Made by a program: the position numbers and the translations under genes
NCBI RefSeq assembly: GCF_001194135.2
Contig: NC_068995.1
Coordinates: forward strand, 47,647,627-47,696,409
Direction of reading: 5' to 3'
Source of the DNA: Octopus bimaculoides
Taxonomy: Eukaryota
DNA: 48,783 nucleotides
Shown here: positions 1 through 10,100 of the stretch, in pieces
How positions within the stretch are numbered: the first letter of the stretch is position 1
How the letters are laid out: each line of letters starts with the position of its first letter
The notes under the pieces: model-generated
Databases searched by the model: none
What the model saw: only the letters and a program-made list of their open reading frames with translations
Told to the model about the DNA's origin: nothing

Positions 1-283
1 GCGGTATTAGGGCTAGACAGAAGAGGAGTGGTGATAGTGAGTCACCCTGGAAAATGCCACATGAAATTCTTACATCTCCAGCATTTAGAGATTCATTGTC
101 ATTGTTCAACATCAGTGTGGTTCTCCATGATCTCATACTTACAGATAAAAAGTTTCGCAGAGTAGGAGCTATTTTATACATTTCCAGACATTTCCTAATC
201 CAGCTATGTGGTAGGCTATCAAAGGCCTTTTTATAGTCTATCCAGGCTATTGACAAGTTTTTGTGTCGCTTGTGACAATCTTC

Positions 284-284
<1 letters not shown>
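1..284 (-). mobile_element. 5'-truncated non-LTR retrotransposon RT fragment, R4/Dong-like (restriction-endonuclease-like LINE clades); runs off the window
   Basis: Stop-free minus-strand frame EDCHKRHKNLSIAWIDYKKAFDSLPHSWIRKCLEMYKI...RISCGIFQGDSLSPLLFCLALIP contains the RT motifs D.KKAFDS..H and G..QGD.LSP.LF. It lacks an ATG, so it is absent from the ORF track. Confidence 0.9.
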
Positions 285-325
<41 letters not shown>

Positions 326-340
326 TATTATTATTATTAT
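284..340. repeat. (TAT/TAA)n microsatellite at the 5' junction of the LINE
   Basis: Direct reading. Confidence 0.95.
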
Positions 341-473
341 CATTGAGTGAGAGAGCAGTGCATGCCATCATTAGCACTAGTGCTGCACTGAGGTCGATGT
401 AATCAATTTAGGCCCTCCCCACAATGGGGGTAAAATATACGAAGTTCAGTATACCCATCATGACTACCCATCT

Positions 474-772
474 TATTTCTTTATTGCACACAAGGGGCTA
501 AACATAGAGGGGACAAACAAGGACAGACAAAGAGATTAAGTCAATTACATCGACTCCCAGTGCATAAATGGTACTTAATTTANNNNNNNNNNAAGAGATT
601 AAGTCAATTACATCGACTCCCAGTGCATAAATGGTACTTAATTTATCGACCCCGAAAGGATGAAAGGCAAAGTCGACCCTGGCGGAATTTGAACTCAGAA
701 CGTAACAACAGGTGAAATATCACTAAGCATTTCGCCCGGCACGTTAACATTTCAGCCAGCTCGCCGAAATGG
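474..772 (-). mobile_element. tRNA-derived SINE, family A (core GTCGACTTTGCCTTTCATCCTTTCGGGGTCGATAAATTAAGTACC), with a 15-bp TSD
   Basis: B-box GAGTTCAAATTCC on the minus strand. CATGACTACCCATCT is duplicated at 459-473 and 773-787. Related copies lie at about 6600-6810, 6880-7110, 7180-7300, 8855-9020, 21860-21960, 24500-24860 and 29110-29235. Confidence 0.85.
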
Positions 773-1416
773 CATGACTACCCATCTGATAAGGGCACAC
801 CAGGCACATGCCTAACAACCCTATGTGCATGAAATGGTGATCTCATATCAAGAAAAATAGCGCATGACCTTGCAGGTCGAGTAGCCCGTCCCTGAATAGG
901 GTTGTTGAAGGATGTTGAATGAAATAACTTTTTGGGAAACAGGAGAGGGTTGGTGACAGGAAGAGCATCCAGCTATAGAAAATTTGTTTCAAAAAGTTCC
1001 ATCTGACTCCTGCAATTAACTGATATATCATCATCATCATCATTGTTTAATGCCCGTTTTCCATATTGGCAAGGATGGAATAGTTTGACATGAGTTGGCC
1101 AGCCAGGGAGCAATCTAGACTCCAATGGTCTATTTTGGGATAGTTTCTATGGCTGGATGCTCTTTCTAACACCAACCATTTTACAGAGCGTGCCAGATGC
1201 TTTTTTTACATGCCACTGGCATATATTTATATATACTACGAGTGAAGATGAAAGAATGATACACACAGATATATAAATATATATAAGAGAGTATTGTAAT
1301 TCGCTTGAAGCATTGTGTATTGTTTGTAAAGAATAAAATGTTTTGAATGGTACAACAATGCACTATAATATAAAAAATGGACTATATACTTGTTGTAATT
1401 TAGTTATCTATAGTCT

Positions 1417-1451
1417 GATGATATTCCGGAATACAATTCCTTCTTCAGATC
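1417..1451 (-). other. Degenerate Penelope-type minimal hammerhead motif (A13->G)
   Basis: gat-CTGAAGA-A-GGAA/ttgta/TTCC-GGAAT-ATC-atc. Confidence 0.45.
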
Positions 1452-2009
1452 TTCTTATAATTATTTCTACTTGATATATTTTATCATTTAATGCTTCTTG
1501 CAATTAACAAACTAATTACTTTACCAAACAGGTGACATTGATGAAATATATAATTCTCATATATGAAGAAATAAGCAAATCTTATAAATTTTTTTTAATG
1601 CTTCTTTGACAAAATAAGATAATTAGATTTAAAGCTCTTAATTTTCATGCACCAATTATCATGGAGGATAATGGGCTAGTGGATATAAGCAATGATTAAG
1701 TGACAAATGTAGCAGCTTAGCTAGAGGATAAGAGTTCAATTCCTGGATCAATGAAAAAAAAAAAAAATTATAACATACTATAGTTAAGTGAAATGAGTAA
1801 AGGACATCACAAGTATGATATTAAAATTAGTTTTAAAGAGCTTAATTTCCCTTAATTACCTTACAGGATTAGAGAATATAAATGCTAAGTTTTTAGTGTA
1901 GTAGTTTAACAAATGGGATCAGCCAAACAATTATAGATTCAAGTGGAACATGCTAGAGGCATCACAATTAAGCGTAGTATTTATTCTGTCAAGTCCCTTT
2001 TGCTGAACC

Positions 2010-2255
2010 ATTACGTTACTGGGACGTAAACACACCAACTTTGGTTCACAAACAGTAGGGGTGTGGGGTGGGGCACAGACAGACAAACACACATATATAC
2101 GAAGGGCTTCTTTCAGTTTCCATCTACCAAATTCACTCACAAGTCTTTGGTCGGCCTGAGGCTTTAATAGAAGACACTTGCCCATGGTGCCATGCAGTGA
2201 GACTGAACCTGGAACCTTCTGGTTGGGAAGCAAGTTTCTTATCACACAGCCACAC
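2010..2255 (-). mobile_element. tRNA-headed SINE, family B (CORE-like segment GGCACCTTGGGCAAGTGTCTT, internal (TG/TA)n, tail ending TGACTGAAACAAGTAAAAG)
   Basis: Many clear copies at approximately 2425-2580, 10410-10625, 17761-18085, 18880-19035, 19510-19640, 21405-21770, 28365-28735, 29450-29585, 34680-35155, 36005-36160, 39490-39970, 40360-40520, 43715-44120 and 47240-47310, in both orientations. Confidence 0.85.
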
Positions 2256-2369
2256 CTGCACCTGAATTTGTTTCTGCAATACATACACATTTACAGACGG
2301 AGGGATAACAGTGGTTAGGGCAAGTCGATTATATAATGCGGGTTTCACAGAAACAGTGCTATTTAACCA

Positions 2370-2407
<38 letters not shown>

Positions 2408-2955
2408 CACACATGCATAGATAATGGGCTTCTTTCAGTCTCTGTCTTCTAATTCCACTCACAAAGCTTTGGCCAACCTGAGGCTATAGTTGAAGACACT
2501 TGCTCTAGGTGCCATGCAGTGGGACTGAACCAAGAACCCTGAGGTTGGGAAGCAGGCTTCTTACCACAAAGCCACACCTGCAGCTTGTTTGTTTCTGCAA
2601 TATATACACATTTGCACAGGGAGAGGGAACAGGTGTTAGGGCCAGGCAATTACATGATGAGGGTTTCACAGAAACAGAATTATTTAACTGGGATTTCTCT
2701 CTCTCTCTCTCACACACACAGGGAAGTAACAGCAGAGATTATCATGTATTAGAAGGCTTTAAGGAATTTTAGATATGTTAGTCCAAAATGGAATGTGGGT
2801 TGTGAGTCTGAAGTTTGAAGATCACTAATTGGAATTAATTCCAAAATGTAAACAAGAACCGAAAAAAGACATAATGAAATAACAGCAACAAAACCAACAA
2901 CAACAACAGCAGCAGCAACAACAACTGCAACAACAATTAGAACAATTGCAATTAC

Positions 2956-3087
2956 TTGTGGAATCTTTCTTTTTGGAAGAGGTACTTATTGCTGAACTTC
3001 GCTTTGCCATCCGCGATCGGTCTTCATTCTGGTCTTCAGAATCAATACAACTTTGGTTACCAACACTAGAGAGAATTGATTCTGCAG
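2956..3087 (-). CDS. YTHDC2: YTHDC2 last visible exon (Ser-rich linker): [12 protein letters not shown]...SSKKKDST
   Basis: ttcag|CT acceptor fits the preceding phase 1. The probable donor A|gtaatt sits just before the (TTG)n tract. No homology support for this low-complexity part. Confidence 0.65.
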
Positions 3088-3389
3088 CTGAAGAATGCAA
3101 ATAAAGAGAATATTTCAAGGAATTATTACAAAACATTATAGGCTTGAAATGTTTAAATGTCTGAGAGCAATCGTTAATTAAGACTACAATTATTCAAATT
3201 ATTAATTAACCTCGTGCCGGTGGCACGTAAAAGCACCCACTACACTCTCAGAGTGGTTGGCGTTAGGAAGGGCATCCAGCTGTAGAAACTCTGCCAAATC
3301 AGATTGGTGCCTGGTGTCGCCTCCTGGTCCACCAGTCCTCAGTCAAATCGTTCAACCCATACTAGCATAGAAAGCGGACGTTAAACAAC

Positions 3390-3423
<34 letters not shown>

Positions 3424-6400
3424 TTCATTTTTTTTAGAGATGAAAAATAAAAAAAAAAAACAGAAAGGGTTTCTTTAGCATTTACATCTGTAGCATGGTC
3501 TGATTTGAACTCAGCTCATCTTCATACATAATAACAGACTGGGTTCAAATGAAGGAAGTTCATTTCTAAACCGAGATCAAATCCAATCTGGTAATAAGTA
3601 TACATCCAGGGGTAAATCATTTGATGATATTTGAAGACGGTATAAACATAAATACTTTTAACAAATTTGCTCTCAAAACTGAGGTTGATAATCAAAGACA
3701 TTAATCACCGTTTTTAATCTAGATTTAATTTGATATAACAAAAAAAAAAAAAAAAAAAAAAAAAAATACTGATCTATCATTATCATTATAACAACTATAT
3801 AGTATTTTCCAGGACCTGTATTTCAAAGGGCCAGCCTTGTTGCATTCTGTGTCACACTGAATCTCCCTGAGAACTTATATTAATGGTACGCATGTCTGAG
3901 GAGTGCTCGGCCACTTTCATGTTAATTTCCCAAGCAGGCTGTTCCATTGATCAGTGTACTTTTTTTTTTGTGTACTTATTTCCGTCATTGAACTGTGACA
4001 ATAACTGGAGTACCGTCCTTTTCGATATATTCTAGACGAAGCAATACTTACCCATTGAAATGGGTCTCTGTCCAATACCTGCAGGCTGTTGCAAGCCAAG
4101 TTCTCTCTCTTCTGTTACCAACACTTCGACAATAGCTCGCACAATAGCCTGGACAAAGCAGAGAGAGAGAGAGAGAACATAAGGAAACAATAAAGAAAGC
4201 ATAGACCCTTACATGTTTTTCATAAAAAAAAAATGCTTCAACAAAGGCACAAGGTGAGAAATATTCTTAGGTAGACAGTGGCGAGATGGTTAGTTCATTA
4301 AATTTTGACTCTAGTATTGGTCCTGAAAGAATGAAGATCAAACTCGACACTTGCTGTGTTTGAATTCAAAACCTGAAGATACATAACTAAATAGCAAATT
4401 GTTCATTGCTTTACGGAAACTACCAAATAACCACCTTGTTCCAATGTGTGAATATGTGGTAATAAGACAACAACAACATCTATAGAAATATTTACCTCAT
4501 CGGTTTGAGTCCAAGGTTTTGACGGGGCTCGCATTCGTCTGATAAACAAACTGTACCACTTCTGTCTCAACTGAAGAACTAAGGAAGAACTCTAGAAGCA
4601 AAATCAACAATATTAGAAGATAAGTTACAAATTGATGATAACGATAATGATGATGAGGATTTCCCAGCAGGTGTTAACTGAGAAGTCAAAGAGCATTCAC
4701 AAGGTATGTTATCCAACAGGTATTCTGATTGCATTTGGTAATATAATTGCCCAGCAGTCAGCACTAGCAGAATATGCTATTCAACAGGCACTTTGTCAAA
4801 TAGTCAGCATTATTAGAATATGATATTTAACAGGCACTCTGAGTGTATTTGGTAATACAACTGTCCAGCAGTCAGATAGCACAAGCAGAATATGCTATTT
4901 AACAGGAATTCTGTGTGCATTTGGTTATACAGCTGTCTAGCAGTCAGAACAAGCAGAATATGCTATTGAGAAGACACTCTGTGTGCATTTGATAATAAAG
5001 TTGTCCAGAAGTCAGCATTTGTTGAATATGCTATTCACCAGGTGCTTTGTGTGTTTGGTAATAGAGTTGCCCAGCAGTCAGATAGCACCAGCAGAATATG
5101 CTATTCAACAGGAATTCTGTGTGCATTTGGTTATACAGCACCAGATAGCACCAGCAGAATATGCTATTCAACAGGTATTCAGAGTACATTTAGTAGAGTT
5201 GTCCAGTGGTTCAAATCCTGTCAGTGAGTATGTTGCCCTTATCTAGCTCAAACCGACAGCCGCGCTTGATAATAGACTTTATAAATACGGTGCGTATACA
5301 TGTGTGTGTTTAGACTGTTTTAGGTCAATCTCAGAACATGGGACAACGTAAGGAGTCATCATAATTGTGCAGGGGGGGGGGAAGAAATCCTACCTCAGAA
5401 TCAACTTGGAAAGATAACCATTCATCGAGACGAAGCGAAGATTTCTTCAGTTCCTCATTCTCCTCCTCTCCACTGTCACTGACATTATCAAGATCATGGG
5501 GCCTGGTGAAATCATGGCATTTTCTATCATCTATATAGAAAAAAAAAGAAGAGTTAATTAATGAAGTAAATTGTCCCAAAAATTAATTTTAATTTATTAA
5601 TTCATTGATGGATTAATATTTGCAGCATGAACAAAAATAAAGTTCTATAGCAGTAAAACACACACACATGCACATCACCATCATTTAACATCCATTGTCC
5701 ATGCTGGCATGGGTTGGATGAGTTGCACATATGCACGAAGAAGTTAGTCTCTTTCTCTCTCGCTCTCTCTCCATGGATCAACCGTAAAACAAATAAAAAC
5801 TAATGACCCTCACCAATCTGTCCACTTTCTGCTTCTTTAATGACCTCTGGGGACAACTTGGCAGGCCCTGCAAATAAGGCGACGGTGATGGGTGAGATGA
5901 CTGTACAACAGCGTACAAAGGCCAAACTACTGTTACGGGACATCTCCTCGTAGATAATCCAGTCTGAAGGGAACGAAGAGAGGTCAGTGTTACGCTGGCT
6001 CGCTGACAGATTGGGACTGAACACGGACAAATTGTGCAACCGTATTTTCATCTCTTTTCTGAAATAAAAAACAACAACAACAATAATGATAATAACAAGG
6101 ACTGTGGAGTCGAAGTCATGGAGTCAGAATTGGAAACAATTAAGGGGTAGCTAGAGTCAGAGTCGGCAAAAGTATACCAACTCCAACACACAATATCTTA
6201 ATTCTTTAATTTAATAAACCAGTTATAACATATAGGCCTACCCAAAGTACAAGCATATACATATGCTTTATGAGATATGTAGACCAGAACCACTTAATTA
6301 CATAAAGAGGAGCCGGAGTCGGAGTCAGAGGTGCCAATAGTAGAGGAGTCAGAGGTGCCAATAGTAGAGGAGTCAGAGTCAGAGGTGCCAATAGTAGAGG

Positions 6401-6807
6401 AGTCAGAGTCAGAGGTGCCAATAGTAGAGGAGTCGGAGTCAGAGGTGCCAATAGTAGGAGAGAGGAGTCAGAGTCAGAGGTGCCAATAGTAGAGGAGTCG
6501 GAGTCAGAGGTGCCAATAGTAGGAGTCGGAGTCGAAGTTTTGCGTTTCAACTCCACAGCCCTGATAATAACAACAACTACAATAAGAATAATTCTGTCTG
6601 ATTTGGGGACAAGGCCTTAAATTCTGAGGGGTGGGTTAATTGATTGCATCAACCCCAGTGCTTAATTGGCACTTAATAAATTACTGACCCTAAAAGGTTG
6701 AAATGCAAAGTAGACCGTGGTGGAATTTGAACTCAGAATGTAGGAGCCACAAGAAATGCTGCAAAACATTTTGTCAGGTATGTTAATGATTCTGCCAGCT
6801 TGCTGCT

Positions 6808-6869
<62 letters not shown>

Positions 6870-7115
6870 GATAATAATCCTTTCTAGTATTGGCACAAGG
6901 CACGCTAGCAATTCTGCCAGCTCACCACCTTATCGTAATAATAATAATAATAATGATAGTAATAATAATTTCAAATTCTTGCCACAAGGGTAGCTTGAGG
7001 GAGGAGATTAAGTCGATTACATTGACCCGAGTGTGTAACTGGTACTTACTTAATCAACACCGAAAGGACGAAAGGCAAAGTTGACCTCGGTGGAATTTGA
7101 ACTCAGAATGTAGTG

Positions 7116-7146
<31 letters not shown>

Positions 7147-10100
7147 TAATAATAACAATAATAATAATAATAATAATAACCAGGACTTCAGATTTTGGCA
7201 CAAGGCCAGCAGTTTCAATTACAGTGACTCAAGTACTTGACTGGTACTATATTCTATCAACTCCGAAAGTCAGCTTTGGCAGAATTTGAACACAGAATGT
7301 AAAGAGAGGGAAGGCTGCCTCCAGCCCCAATTCAGAAAATCTGTTTTGGAAATATCACTCTCCAAGCTAGATTGCCTCCAACACCACTTCAAAGAAAATA
7401 TAAAATCTAACATAAAACATAAGTGGTTAAGAGCGCGGGCTACTAACCCCAAGGTTCCGAGTTCGATTCACGGCAGCGACCTGATTAATAATAATAATAT
7501 AATAATAATAATAATAATAGTAACATCGATAGGAATGAGAACCCAGGTTCGAAATTTCCCCAAGACACCTGACGAAGGCTGGAGGGTATATCAGCCGAAA
7601 CGTTGTGTTAACAATAAACAAGATGAGGACGAATATCCGTCAAATGTAAATAATGTAAATAATAAAACATAAAGTCTGGATCTACAAACAAAACGAAGTG
7701 GAATAAGACAATGTGCAACCACAAACAGCTGCTACTACTTACGCTGATAATAACTGTCCTGTAACACGATCAATCCGAAGTACATTCGGATATAAACCTG
7801 CACAGAGGGCAGCTTTCACAACACACCATTTCTCGGAATTTATATTCAAGTCTCTTATGTCACCTCCGCCTCGTGCTCTCACAAACCCTGAAGCACGCAA
7901 TTGTCCAAGAAGCTGGGCTCTAGAAAATAATTTTTTTTAGAAAAAAGCAGAAAAGGAAGACAAAAAAAAAACTGAAATCAGTATTAAGAAATTTTAAGAG
8001 ATTAATGGAATTTTTTTTTTTAATAAAAGGAATAGAGATAAGGATTTAAATCATCATCATCATCGTCATCGTTTAACGTCCGCTTTCCATGCTGGCATGG
8101 GTTGGAAGGTTTGACTGAGGACTGGTGAGCCAGATGGCTGTACCAGGCTCCACTCTGATTTGGCAGAGTTTCTACAGCTGGATGCCCTTCCTAACGCCAA
8201 CCATTCCGAGAGTGTAGTGGATGCTTTTACATGCCACCGGCACGAAGGCCAGTCAAGCGGTACTGGCAACAGCCACGCTCAAAATGGTGTATATTACATG
8301 CCGCCTGCACAGGAGCCAGTCCAGCGGTACTGGCAACGAACTCGCTTGAATGTCTTTTCACGTGCCACTGGCACAAGTGCCAGGAAGGCGACGTTGGTTT
8401 TTTGAACTCAAATGGTGTTAGTTTATTTACATTTATCATTGCNNNNNNNNNNNNNNNNNNNNNNNNNNNNNNNNNNNNNNNNNNNNNNNNNNNNNNNNNN
8501 NNNNNNNNNNNNNNNNNNNNNNNNNNNNNNNNNNNNNNNNNNNNNNNNNNNNNNNNNNNNNNNNNNNNNNNNNNNNNNNNNNNNNNNNNNNNNNNNNNNN
8601 NNNNNNNNNNNNNNNNNNNNNNNNNNNNNNNNNNNNNNNNNNNNNNNNNNNNNNNNNNNNNNNNNNNNNNNNNNNNNNNNNNNNNNNNNNNNNNNNNNNN
8701 NNNNNNNNNNNNNNNNNNNNNNNNNNNNNNNNNNNNNNNNNNNNNNNNNNNNNNNNNNNNNNNNNNNNNNNNNNNNNNNNNNNNNNNNNNNNAGAAGTGG
8801 TCGTCTCTTTGTTCAGGTACACACACACATAAATATGACAGGCTTCCACACAGTTTCTTATTTCTTTACTGCCCACAAGGGGCTACACACAGAGGGGACA
8901 AACAAGGACAGACAAACGGATTAAGTCGATTATATCGACCCCAGTGCGTAACTGGTACTTATTTAATCGACCCCCGAAAGGATGAAAGGCAAAGTCGACC
9001 TCGGCGGAATTTGAACTCAGAACAAAATTTGTTTCAACACACAAATTCACATAAAGAATCTTGCAAACCAAATACAAAAGCAAATTTATGTTGCTTTTTT
9101 TTTTTGTCTTTTAATAGGAATATGGTAAGATGCTGCCTGTATAAATCACACCTAGTCACGCATCACAGTGATAAATCAGAAACAGGTAAAGTGGGTTAAT
9201 GAATAACACTGTTACTCACCTGAAAGGCTCTGAGCAGAATCATATGCTCACTGTATGTGTTGGCAGACAGTTTCTTCCTAACTAAATTGGCAGCTCTTCT
9301 TTGAGAGGGTTGACCAGGAATTAAAACTATAAACGTCAAAGGTACAAAACGGTAAATACTCACTTTTTCAGACAGAGCGATGGGGGGTGGGGGGAGATAA
9401 ATCACAAATGGCTATTTAAAAATACAAATAGATGGTTTACAATACAAACAGTGGAAGAGTAGAATATATATAGAGAGACACAAAATAATAAAATGGAATG
9501 AATATACGAACACAAGGAGGCACGCAAAATGGAAGAGAAATACAGAGATATACAAAGAAACAGTAATATCTAAATACACACAAACATACTTTCACACATA
9601 CATATGGAATGTTGAAAGGCGGAACAGAAAGTGAGGCACAAATACGGGTGTGGTCAAGAAGTCCTGTTCACAAACACATATGACACAGTGGACAGACGTC
9701 TTCTACTATGACCTTCAGCTGACCAATGCCTTCTAAGTGGAACTGGTACACAAAAACTATATCTATCTATCATTTTATTTACCTACCTTTGGGCTGTGCG
9801 TGAGAAGACCCGGCAAGCCAAGTAAGATCGTTGCCAGTGCCCCTGGACTGGCTTGTGCGGGTGGCACATAAAAGACACCATTTCGAGCGTGGCCGTTNNN
9901 NNNNNNNNNNNNNNNNNNNNNNNNNNNNNNNNNNNNNNNNNNNNNNNNNNNNNNNNNNNNNNNNNNNNNNNNNNNNNNNNNNNNNNNNNNNNNNNNNNNN
10001 NNNNNNNNNNNNNNNNNNNNNNNNNNNNNNNNNNNNNNNNNNNNNNNNNNNNNNNNNNNNNNNNNNNNNNNNNNNNNNNNNNNNNNNNNNNNNNNNNNNN

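Noticed and set aside
54-236. Plus-strand ORF MPHEILTSP...
   Set aside because: It is the antisense shadow of the RT frame on the minus strand.
2825-2955. Poly-Cys 'metallothionein-like' tail of ORF 2825-3136
   Set aside because: It is a (TTG/CTG)n microsatellite just past a plausible donor at 2956, so most likely intronic.
4714-5200. CRISPR-like repeat-spacer appearance
   Set aside because: The context is a eukaryotic intron, the spacers are similar to each other, and there are no cas genes. It is a minisatellite.
6206-6556. Pro/Leu/Thr-repeat ORF
   Set aside because: It is the translation of the minisatellite inside the hAT-like element.
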